A stretch of 55,489 bases of DNA, the filler included, from Sphacelaria rigidula (taxonomy: Eukaryota), in the NCBI GenBank assembly GCA_964200075.2. It is 5 parts of 5 records of this genome, joined end to end, with 100 filler letters (N's around TTAATTAATTAA, not from the genome) between each part and the next. Parts side by side here need not be neighbours in the genome. Positions count along the whole stretch, not along the records: positions 22,239 to 33,256 come from CAXNAA020005527.1; positions 33,357 to 44,373 come from CAXNAA020005528.1; 3 more parts are not named here. One strand, written 5' to 3'. Positions 22,448 through 34,196 of the stretch are shown here, piece by piece. The notes beneath the pieces are model-generated. The model was not told the DNA's origin. It saw only the letters and a list, made by a program, of their open reading frames with translations, and did not search any database. A program made the position numbers and the translations under genes. Within the stretch, counting starts at the first letter, position 1. Each line of letters opens with the position of its first letter.

Positions 22448-25400
22448 CTGACGCTTCACGGCCCCCAGCTGCACATTCTGCCCCTCCAACCGAGCCGCAC
22501 CGACTCGGGCACTTTCTAGTCTGGCCTGGTCTTCTTCGTGGTCGGTTTGTGCTCGTTGAAGATCCTTTTTGCGGCGGAACAGAGCGTCCTGCGCAGCCTT
22601 GGCGCGTGCTTCAAGGGTTCTAAGCGCGTCTGCGTCTCGACTACCGGGGTCAGCTCGCTGGAAGCTCACTCTCAAGTCGACGTTGCGGGCGTTGAGATGC
22701 TGCAGGGTTGATTCTAGTGCCCGTATCTCGCGCTCGCACCTGGGACAGTGAACGGCGGCCGTACTAAAGATCCGGGTCGGGATTCGCAGATTCCATCAGA
22801 GCGGGAGAGACGTCACTCGGCCAAATGACCCTGTGCACATATTATGTACAATGCGAGCATCCTGCTCGAAGCAGATTGTCTTTATCTAGGCCACAAGCTC
22901 CACATCACACATCACCGAGAGAGAGCATAATCGTACCCGTTGCCAACCAGCTGAATGGAATGTCTTTCCTGCTATTTCGTCAGTGCGGACTCGCACCTGC
23001 GGATTTCTTGATCCAGTTCATCGCCTTCTCGCTGCAACTCTTCCCGTTTCTGCGCCGCGGCGATGATGAAGTAGGCCTGGGAAGAACCGGGACCACCTCC
23101 GCCACTTCGGTCGTCGTCGGCACCGCCGGATCCAGCACAGGCGAATCCCTTGGCCAGAGTCTCGTACTTGGCTCGGAGCTTTTCTACGGCTTGTCGCCGG
23201 TCGCCGAGCTCCAGCTGCACTCGGTGGCGCTCCTCTTCCGCCGCTTTTAGCGTGGCTCGTTGGAGATCCCAGTGTACCTTTTAAGTTCGATGTGTGAATC
23301 CAGCGGTTTGTTCCGGGTTTCCATGGAAATTTTCAGACGTGTGCACTCACCCTGAAAAACTATATGTATGGACAATTGTTTCGACCCACGTTTAAAAAGA
23401 AAAGGAAGGAGAATGAGGGCGTGGCTGCTGAGGACAATATCGTTGAACCACATTCGGTCCACCGGACGTAAGCGAAAGGGGGACGACCTAACACCTACTC
23501 GAGAGCGTTGGCTACACCTCGAACGCAAATGACTTCGGCTACCGCTCTGTGTGATACACCAAATTGGTGGGAAATATGAAGCTCACTAGCGCCGAGCAAA
23601 GCGCTACCTGTGATCCCAAATATATTCCAAGGTAATATCAACAAGCTTATCACCAACACTTGTGGAGCCTACACACGGATAATATCTCTCATCGCCAGAT
23701 TACCTGTATCTCCGCCTTTCGCTCCTTCATGCTCATAGCCAGCTGCTGTCTCCTGTTCTCCAGACTGAATACTTCGTCTGCGGCACCGTTTAGGGTGTCT
23801 CGCAGTCGTTTTACCTCCAGCCGCATGACGTCGTTCGACACCATTAGCTCTTCCTTTTTCTGAGACTCCCGCCTGGTTTCCGTCGATCAGGTACGATCAT
23901 TTGCTTCGTCTGTGTGGACCGGTGTCTTTTTCACGTGCTAGTGAGGTTCAGCGCGGTCAGTCCGTATGGACGACGGAAGTACGCTTTCTTTTCTACGGCT
24001 CCAACATCGGCGGGCTACACCTTCCGCCGGGAAAACAGTACGCGACATCAACCATTCGCCGTTTAATGAGCATATGCTTTGGATTGCCAACAGTGTGCTA
24101 AAAAAACATGCAACAGCTTCAACAAAAGCGACGTGCCTGACGTCGCTCTCGGCCGCGCGGCACTCCAGCTCGAGCTCGTTGATGGTTTCATTCAGCTCCC
24201 CCTGCTGAGCAGACACAACCTCTCGTCGCCGCAACGACGCCCGTAGTTCGTTATTAAGCTTTCTTGCCTGAGCTATAAGCATCTTTTTCTCTTCGCGGAC
24301 AACGTCCACTTCACCCTAAAAACACAGGGCGTCGTTTCAGACAAAGCACAACAAGGGGAGAAGAGTAGAGTGTACGGTTTGCCGCGAACCCGTAACGTCC
24401 ATCCTAGCGGCAGGTGAGGGATCGCGGAGAAAAATCTTCTCGCAGACTCAAAGAGTGATCTGAGATATGCGTTTCTTCTAGTAGGGCTGCGTTGCCGTAC
24501 TGCCATTATTTTAAAACGAGCAAAGCAACAAACAGCCTGTGTCAATCTTTACGACCTGGACCTCTTTCATGTCCGAAATCTGTTGCATATTTGTGTAGAG
24601 ATATATATACCTGTGAGAATCTGATGTGTATCGCGAATGCTCGATGCTACTGCGGCACAATATGATCACATATCCCACCAACCTCCAGCTGCTTAATCTT
24701 GGCGTTGAGTAGCTGTTTCTCCTCGTCTGTGCGCTCTCCCATTCCCCTCGCGACCTTCCTCTCCATTTTTTGGATCTGAAACTCAGCGGAGTAAATCAAC
24801 TCCTGCTGCCGCGTCTGATCTTGGTCCAAGGTGTGTATCTTCGTCTGCAAGTTCTTCATGGTCGCCTGGCGGGAAAAATAGTACAGGCGGATAGATTGTG
24901 GATTCAACTCAGGATGCTACCCTTGGTGTGAGTCCGGTTGCTGCCGCTATCACGATCACTCGGTGGCGCTCTTGAGTGGCCACGTGGTGTACTTACTGTA
25001 GTGGAAGGATCGAATGACGTATACATCAATCAGGGGACCACTCGACAATGTCGCGACATTTGTGTTCTCCATTCACGTCACCATGTTGTTTCACTAAGGC
25101 AGGATGTACCTTACCTGTGACCCACAGATCTCGGCGATGAAATTAGCCTCTTCCTGGCGGAAGGCGTAAAGCTTCTGACTGTCCCGGAACATCGTCTCCT
25201 TCACCGTGGCCAGACTCTTCTTAGCCGCTCTTTTGTTTGGCGGTATTTCCGTGGAGAAGAGGTGACAAGTGACGATCATCGTCGGGAAGAAGGAACGGCA
25301 TGCGACACAATAGGTCTTGAGTATAGCCACATACGTCTAGGTTGCTACCCCGCTTATGCCAAGTACGTGCGATGACAAGGGTGCTAATGTTATGTAGGGC

Positions 25401-28400
25401 ATGAATCAGCCGTCGGTCCATTCACCTGAGCTGCATAATAGAATGTAATACAGAGTGGACGCTCTGGCGGGGCTGCAGGGAGGCGGATAGGTGTGGGATA
25501 CTAGCGTTCAAAAGCGTATTGACTGCCATTACTGGTATCATGTGATGAGTGGTAAATAACGTCTGCTGTAAAATGGAGCGAAAACTGAGTACGATAAACA
25601 TCAACCAACGTTGAGACTAAGGAAAATGCCAAACATTGAGGCACCCTTGTCCTCTCGGCCCATATACATGTGTATTTCGACATGATCACGGGGTAACGCA
25701 TCATGAACAACAGTCCAATAGCCGAACAGAAAGGTACAATACTGCGCTTCACAATGTTTAGCGATCAGCACGTGGTGCTCACCGGAAATCCGCTTCACGT
25801 TGCTGCAACTCCTCCTCGGCCGACTTCGCCGTCGCCTCGGCTTTGTAAGTATTGCCAGTCTCTGTTTCTACCCGATGCTTTGACACCTGGCAGTATACAC
25901 GGATCGTTAAAAAGCAGGGTGAGTGCATTTTGCTCAAACTTGAGTCAAAGAGTCTCAGACCAGGATCTCTGGATCAAACAAAGGCCGATGAACACGCGAT
26001 TCTCCCGCGAATGGGGGTGCTATCGAACGTGGTGCCAAAGGGCTGATCACTGGCCAAACAAGGCGCATTGATGATGCTCTTGTAGCGATAACGGCAACAT
26101 CATCTTCTGCGGAAGGTGTTTCATTTCTATTCCTGCCCAGCGTAGATGACTCACCTGGTACTTCCGTCTGGCAGTGTCCAAGCTAACTCGCTTTTCTTCG
26201 ATTTGCGCGGTAAGGTTGGCGTTTTCAGCATGCTTGCGAGCCAACGCCCCCGCACCATTCCCAAGAGTATTTTTCACCACTTCGAGCACGTCTCGAAACT
26301 CCTCCAGTCGTGTCTGAGCTTCCTGGCTCTCCTGCCGCCGCCGCTGCACCGAGCGCTCGAGGTGCTCAATAGAAGTTTGTACCTGAGATTTGACCCAATG
26401 TTTACCTTGTTTGATCAGAACTTGCGGTGTTGATGCTGTCGCAAAGTTGGACGACCAGGATGTGGGCATGATGTAGGCTACGTAGACGTTTGCTCAAGGG
26501 CGGCATTTGCCAAGCATCATTATAGACCCTCTGTCATGTGGGTGAATTTTGAAACGCTGTTCCATTTTATCAGGTATTGGAAAATCATCGTTTGCTCCAT
26601 GTTTCCTTATATTTCCCCTTTCTCGAGTTTGTTTTTGACGGGTGTTCCCGTTTGTTTCCTCGGGTACATCTTGTCTCTTGTCTTGTCCCCGAGGCTGAAT
26701 CCCTAGGGGATCAATAAGTGTGTGACAATCAATTAATATCAACACTATAGAATGTAATATACACTGTGTATCGCCCATACCTGGCACGCCACCTGCCGGT
26801 GAGTAACACCGCCGAGTGACGACTTTTCAACCATTCCCGACACCATACAAAGTCCTACTGTGCTGAATCAGGGCTCGCAGTACACCTGCCCTCCTGGATA
26901 CCACCCCCAAGTGAGATTTGTTTTCGGGTCCCTCATTTATGAGGGGTTGCATACACCGTACCCTACGGTACTTCCTGCAAACAGCAATACGTGGCAGTAT
27001 ACACATGATAAACGACGCTGACAGCGGCACTTCGGGGGACTTGCCAAAAATCTCCATACTTCAATTGGATTGCTTCAACCGCTAGGTACGAGACGCAAGC
27101 ACTGAAACGACCAGTTTTTGTTCGGAAGCAATGCTTGTCAGTCATTTCGGTTACCGCCACTGATCACGGCGAATGATTGACCCCCCAAACAGGTTGGAAC
27201 AAAGAGATGTTAGTGCCCGAAAGACGATCCTACTCACTTGGTATACGTGGTCAACGTAAGAACTGTTGCTTTTTGGTCAGACGCTTCTTGTTCAAGTTTG
27301 TTTTAGTAACCATGGCTCATCACGACGGATGACTGATCTCGGGAATGGGGAATCGATAAATATCAGTACCCGACACATGAGGATTTTTTTTCCTAACAGC
27401 AGTCTTAAACTACTTCCGTGCTCATCGATCGTCGGGGGATCCAACGAATGCACAGTACCAGGTTGTGGTCCCGAAAGACTTCCGCTCGATCGAATCCTAA
27501 CCGTCCTGGTAAACAATCTCATGTTGCGACGCTCTCCTGTGTGTATGCTGTACCGGGTGTGTTACCACACTGCATGCAAAATCAAGCGTCGTCGATGCCG
27601 AATGGGAGCACATGCTCCCATGGAAGACTGGCCATCACAGGCACCATGTCGGTGCTCTAGTTGCAGGGTCTAGGTTCGGGGATGTAGTGTAGAACGCACC
27701 CAGGTAAATAGTCCTGGAGAGTGAAAGTGTTTCCCCGGGGACCAGACAGCTGGCAAGCTATTGTTCGTGAGACATGATCATCGTGCATGATCTCTAGGGG
27801 ATCGGAAGGAGTAAAGCCCCAGGCCCTTTAAGAATGTCACTCTGCACCCTCATGCTACAGCCGAGAAAACGTGCTTCACCGAATCAAAATTGGGCGCATT
27901 ACACCTCTCCCTACCCCATACGGATTCCCCCCCCCGCGGTACTGCCATGTCAACGCACAATTGGGAAATGCTGCTTTTGAACGGCCTGTTTCTCGTGCCA
28001 GAAACCGGCGGAAACTGTTGATCGAGTAAAAGAACAGTTCGAATGTTGGCTATTGTACTGTACACATTCAGTGAATTTGGCTCACCTCCTGGTTGTCGTT
28101 CTTTTGCATTTTGAGTCGAGCGGCGTTTTGCGCGAGGGTCTCCTCGCGTTGGACCCGGATTTGCCGCGTGGCGGCATACTTTTCGCCAACAGCGTTTATC
28201 TCGGAGTCGCGTCGGCGAATGCCGTCAACAGCATTTTGCCACTGGCGTATGAGGTCCTGCCGCTCAGCGTGTAACCGTCGAAATTCGTCCGCGGTATTGT
28301 CTAGTTCGACCTGTAATCCATACAAAGCATGCGCATGTCGCAATAGTGTTGCTTTTTGGAGTCGTCAGATCATATTCACATATACACAAACCCGATTGGT

Positions 28401-31196
28401 TCTCCGAGGGAAGGTAAACGGTGCTATGTGCATGACGTACGTGTAGCGAGGCGATTTCTGTTTCGTGAGACACGCTGCTGATGGGTGGTCTTATCGCAAC
28501 ATAACTAAAAGGCTACCGCCTCTGGGCGACTGTAGGGCAGTCTGCGCGCTCAAGGTCCCTGACTTCACACAGATCTACTTCGCGGTCTCTCAAATCAGTT
28601 TTTTTTTTTCACAAAATACAAAACATGCACGCGCTTCGGGTGTGGTCGCAAAACCCTTGCTTTGCCCTGTCATGCCACATAGTACTCAAAAGAACTACCT
28701 CCGGTGGCTGATGTCTTTTGAATCATTGTTCGGTCCGCAAAGAGTATATCAAGCAATTAGTGAAACTATTAGACGGGATGCAATGATACTCATAGATCAT
28801 CTTACAATGCTACACCATCTAGAAGCTCATTTGTAGGGCCATGCTGCCGTTTTACTTCGACACCGATACGTATACATATATATATACATACATATATGCA
28901 TTTTCCTTGCCTGTTTGGCGGAGGATTCCGCTTCGAGATTCTGAAGCTCTGCCCGTTTTGCTACCACAGACTTGGACAGCCGTTCCACCTGAAGACTGAC
29001 CGGGACAGGGCACGCATCGTTGAAGAAGGAGCGTGAGGTGCCACACATTACCCGAGGCATCTTTAATCAGCGACGGCGCCCAGAAAAATGTAGGAAAAAT
29101 CTTGTGTCGTTGTAGCATGCGATTGTGCGGCATGAGGTGGAAGACCTGATGGACAAGTTGCCGATCCCCAGGAGTGCTCCGTTTCAACCTGTTCCACCAT
29201 GGCACGTGCGGAGCTTAACATGCACAACAAAGCGCTGCAATTGTATGTTTCCTGGACAGCCTGTTCCTTGTATAGAAATGAGTAATTTGTGTGAAACACA
29301 GAAAAATGGTGAAAGAAGCACCTTCTATGATAACCATTTTACCTCAGGTCCTTGATCTTGACGTCATCAGCCCGGGCATACTTCTGAAGCGCCAGGTTGT
29401 CCTCCTCCTTCTGCTTCGCTGCCAAGGCCCACTGTTCCAATTCCTCTTGGTTCCAGTTCATCTGGAGTTTGAAACGATCCATGGCCTCGTTCCCGCTGAA
29501 AATGTTGTTCTGGACGATGTTGAGCTTGTCTTGGACCTCTTCGGCCTCTACCACAAACCTTCGGGCTTCGTTTGTATACCTGATGGGGTGAACCAAACCA
29601 CAATCGTTTCTAGTAGGTGCGGATGAGCTCGAAGAGACACCTTGCTCTTCGAGTCTCAGCACATGGGAACACTCTGTTTGTTCAGCCAACTCATTCTACC
29701 TTATTTCACCTGATGAACACGTTGAGCCTGATTGTGCACATAAAATGGCATACTATAGTAGCTAGACGCTCTGAAGTATGTACCTGCCAGCCTCTCTCGC
29801 CGCCAGGGCACACAGGTGCTCCTCGGTTGCGATCTCCTTCTTTTTCGCGTCCATTAAGGAATTGGTGTGCCCTACCTCTTGGCGAACATTCTTAAGGTGT
29901 TCTTCCATAATTTGGACGCGCTCCCGGTTGTCGGCCAGAGCTTTATCGGCCCCCACTACCATTTTTTCCCGCCTCTGGGTACATGCAGTAATACGCAAGT
30001 TAATCAATCACGCGGCGATGTGAGGAGCGCCTTGCATACCTCATTCAGCTTGGTTGCCATCAGGGGGGAGAGCTGAAAGGGTCCCCTTTGCTTATGTAGT
30101 GTACTTGCATAAAAACTAGTGATGATTTGGGACTTGCCGGTTTCTACAAAATTGAAGCCTGTTCGAAAGCTGTTCGTAGGTGTCTTGTGGTCAATATCAT
30201 GAAAATGTGAATAAATGCATATCGCAAATGCGAACTCCTCGACGACTTCGCGCTAACACAACCCAAGCGAATGAGTAAGCATAGAGGTAAACTCACGACG
30301 ATTCTAATCTCTGAGTGGTTAGCGTTTGTTGGTAAATTGTTCTTGCTATTGGTGTGCTTATGCCACTGCGTAACCCGCCGACGTACGCCGCAAGGCGAAC
30401 GCTGACTCCTAGAGGGTGGAACCGGACGACAAGTAACTCGACGACCGATTCCGCTGTCACAGCGCTATTGACAACGTTTTCGTGAGATTGAAAGTAGAGG
30501 ATAGAATTGGGAGTGAGAAGCGGTCAACTGTTTCATGAAGAGTTTAAGTTCCGAAATTCCCCTCTACGAGACCAGGTACGCTTTCTGTAGTAGAGCGCCA
30601 CTGAAGCCCTTGATATCCCCAAGTAGGATATCGACGTGTAGCTGTAAGCACACGTCAGTGTTACAGGCAAAGACAAGCACCCACAAAAAGTGAAATTGGT
30701 CACGTTAACGCGAATGTTAAAACCCACTCTCAATCAACGCTCCACTCTCAATCTCACACAAACACTGTTGGTTGTTGAAGACGCCTTCTCGATACGATAC
30801 TGTATGCGCTCGCTTGTACAAGTTCAGCACACGGTACGTGCTCGCTAGTCGTGCTCGCTAGTCGTAGCTTAGGACGAGGGTATGAAGTGATATTCTGATA
30901 GCCTGCGCGTAGCAATCGTACTTTCTGGCATCTCGTTAGTACAGTAGGAAGTAGGTCCCTATCCTCCTATCCTGTCTCGTCCCTCGAATCACCTTTACTT
31001 CGTCGTTGAGCGCTTTACTCTGCTCATTAGCGAAGATCGGCAAATCATCCACGCCCGGAATGACATCAGCACCTTCCCTGGCGTCCACGATTTGACCTTC
31101 GTCCTGCCGTTCTTCTACCCTTGATCCGTCGAACATCCTCTGATCCTGCCGTCCCAGACGGCCGTCTGCACCCCTCTCTATACCAAACTCCATCAT
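22448..31196 (-). CDS. CCDC39: Coiled-coil domain-containing protein 39 (FAP59, axonemal 96-nm ruler); 13 exons, 3' end missing at contig edge
   Basis: Exons 31196-30993, 29974-29784, 29579-29343, 28995-28911, 28310-28086, 26382-26155, 25886-25783, 25229-25115, 24865-24683, 24315-24137, 23872-23704, 23277-22997, 22739-22448 join in frame (831 codons). Diagnostic family motifs: LPIFANEQSKAL, MEEHLKNVRQE, FKLQMNWNQEELEQW..KEEDNLALQKY, QQELIYSAEFQIQKMERKVAR, SQAYFIIAAAQKREELQREGDELD..EIRALESTL. Confidence 0.95.
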
Positions 31197-32635
31197 CCGT
31201 TCTGCATTATTGTTTTCAAGATGCCGTCAAGGAAGAGCGTAAAGTGGTGCGCAGCTTTCTGGTTGGCCAAAAACCAAGCATAAAATCTGGTTGGCCGTTA
31301 TTCCTTGCCCTTTTCCGTCAACAGTGCAAGTATCACGGTAGATATTCTGGTTAATTTTCGCCGCCAGAATTCATCCTCCACTATTCTCCCTGTTGTTACC
31401 CGCCGGCATATTTGAAAGGTACACAAAATATACAAAATACCATCTTGCTACGCTCTGAGATTACAGAGGAAACGGGAATTGGGAGGCAACCTGCAAGTGT
31501 TGTACACTCGCTTCAAAGAGAACATGACTCACCTGGTGTACAGCACAACAGCGGCCAACTATTACGAGACTGCTTGGGGCTCAGGTCCTAACCGTAGTCA
31601 TAGCCTCACTCGAAATGTGAATGTCGTACTCTGATACATTATCGTATGAATTGGTACAGGACCAACAACAGTTGAGTCTCATGCCTGAGGCTGCATTTTC
31701 ACTTGACTCGAAAGGTTCCAAGGCTCTTCGCGTGCAAGGCAAGCTCTCGCATGGCCATCCTTGAACCGACAACAACGGTGATGACCTCATGTGGCCATCT
31801 CTAAACCGGGCACAAGGCCCACTGACCATCTTTGCATCGGACGAGAAAGCGAAAATCTCACATGACTATCTCGGGAACAAAACCGAATCAGGTCACGTGC
31901 GATAAGTACCGATTACTAGGTGAAAACTTGTGCACAAGGAAATTCGTGTTCGCCGTGTTCGTTGTTTGCGTACTATAGTTTCATACACTATATGCCTTCG
32001 AACTGTTGAAGATTTACGTCCAGTAGTCCTACTACCTGGTTTTCTCCGATGAGTGTGTTCAATTACAGGTACATAAAGAAGTTGTCACCTACCAGCAAAT
32101 CGCACACTCACCCTAGTGTGGCCTCGGAAAGGCCAAGAAAAACACCGCTTGAGTTTCCTACAGCATATTTTCAAAAACGCAACGCTACAAATTGAAAAAG
32201 AAAAACCCTAGGTTGTCCGTATTTCTTGCGGTGGCACAAACAGGCATTCTTCCAAAACCACCATCATTTTGGCTCGAGAATGCTCGTCGCAAACACTATG
32301 TATGTGTAGTTGTGGCTCGAGGGAATGCTTCGAGAATGGATACAACGCCGATGTTTCGATATTTGAAAAATTGGAAAAATGGTCGATCCGATCGTTACGG
32401 AAATACTCATGATCACACAAAGTACACATGGTGGACTGTGTCACAAATAATTAATCCCATGTGCGCCCATCTTCTGAACCGTGCGCAAGTTTCACATTAC
32501 AGTAGTACGAATCTCTGTGAACTGTGCGGCAAAAAAGTAAAAGTCTCAGATGACCGTCTTCGAGCCGGGCACAAGTCTCACGCATGACCATCTCTGTGAA
32601 CCGGAAGGTTAAAATGTTGAAAATCCCACGGTTGT

Positions 32636-33175
32636 GTTCTGTAAGGTACGGGTACGTTCTGTAGGGTATGAGATTCCTTGCAGAACTTACAGAACTGTCG
32701 GGTACAAAGGGTATCGGTATGAACCTCTTATAGAGCTCACAGAACTGTCGGGTACCGGTATGAAAGTCTTACAGCATTTACAGAACTTGTCGGGTACGGT
32801 ATGGGAGGCTTACAGAAAAACGGTACCGGCGATCGGGTAACTATTTTTGGGCATACCCGCCCCTCGGGTTAGGGTAAAGGTTTTGTGCAGAACTCACAGA
32901 ACTGTCGGGTAAGGGTATGGTAGGCTTACAGAACTCACAGAAACTGTCGGGTAGGGTGAGGACGTTGCACAGAAAACCGTACCCGCAATCAGGTATCTTA
33001 TCAAGAGCGTACCCGTGCCCCCCGGTAGCGGTACGGGAGTCTTACAGAACTCACAGAACTCTCGGATATAGGGGTATGAAAGTCTTAGAGAGATTACAGA
33101 ACTGTCGGGTACCGGCATAGAAATATTACAGAGTTTACAGAACTGTCGGGTACGGTAAATACCCGGCAAAATACC
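32636..33175. repeat. Minisatellite-like repeat (ACAGAACTCACAGAACTGTCGGGTA units)
   Basis: About 8 diverged copies of CAGAACT(C/T)ACAGAACTGTCGGGTA...GGTATG, with a short inverted copy (TTCTGTAAGGTACGGGTACGTTCTGTA) at the left end. Confidence 0.9.
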
Positions 33176-33256
33176 CCAAGTATATACGAGCTGGGCCAGC
33201 CTAGAGGCTGCATGAACGTTTGCAGGCGGATGCGCCGGCCAATATTTGGAGTTAGA

Positions 33257-33356
33257 NNNNNNNNNNNNNNNNNNNNNNNNNNNNNNNNNNNNNNNNNNNN
33301 TTAATTAATTAANNNNNNNNNNNNNNNNNNNNNNNNNNNNNNNNNNNNNNNNNNNN
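33257..33356. other. Artificial contig-join linker
   Basis: 44N-TTAATTAATTAA-44N. Confidence 0.97.
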
Positions 33357-33590
33357 GGGGGCGTACTCATTTGTTGCTCGCCTTAGTCATTTGACCATTG
33401 ACCACGCATCCCTTTCGAGACGGAGCACCGTCAGCTGGGGGAGGGGGGGGGGGGTGGCTGTCTCGATTGTAAGGGGTTGTACTGATGGCCTGTGTCACTC
33501 TATGGATGCACCGTCTGCGTTATCTTGTGTTTTGTTCCCGCACGAGCAAACACGATTTATAACAGGTTTTAGGTATTCCAAGGAATCAGT

Positions 33591-33852
33591 TGTAATGCGT
33601 GAGAGGACCGCGTGCTTAGAGAACCGCGCCGTAGTCCAAAACACCTCAGGATCGACGTTTTTCAAAACGAATCGGGCCAGTCCCTTCAGGTGCCATGCTC
33701 CTGACTAAATACCTAACACTAATCCTGACCCCAACCCTAACCATAAGGATGTTCAAATCCCGATGCGGTCCTCTAAGCACGCGGTCCTCTGTGTGACTTG
33801 TCAGTAGTCTGGTTGGTTGTCTCTTAAACCGTCACACCTCTCACGCATTACA
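33591..33852. mobile_element. Small nested inverted-repeat element with internal CCCTAA-like tract
   Basis: AGAGGACCGCGTGCTTAGAGAACCGC (33602) / GCGGTCCTCTAAGCACGCGGTCCTCT (-33790). Outer IR TGTAATGCGTGAGAGG (33591) / CCTCTCACGCATTACA (-33852). Internal CCTAACACTAATCCTGACCCCAACCCTAACC. Confidence 0.65.
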
Positions 33853-34196
33853 CAGTCGTCAGTGGTCGTATTGTTGGCCTGTGTCACGTCCATGTATGGA
33901 TGCACCGTCTGCATGCTTATGTTTTGTTCCCGCACAGCAAACACGATTTACAACAGCGTATAGTTATGCCAAGAAGTCAGTCGTCAAGAAGATGTTTGGG
34001 GCTTGATACAGTCACGATAGAGCCGTGATTTGATGGCGCTCTTCTTCGAAAGGGGTCATACCGCATGACCAATCACAAGGTATACAATGCATTCGTTGCG
34101 AAGGTCACCATGATATGACCCACACAACCCGACCCCCTCCTGGCCCATGCTCAACCCTATCGCCCGATACGATGAATCCGCGTGCCTCACCAACAG

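Noticed and set aside
32636-33175. CRISPR-like array
   Set aside because: Repeats are degenerate, the 'spacers' are related to each other, there are no cas genes and the context is eukaryotic.
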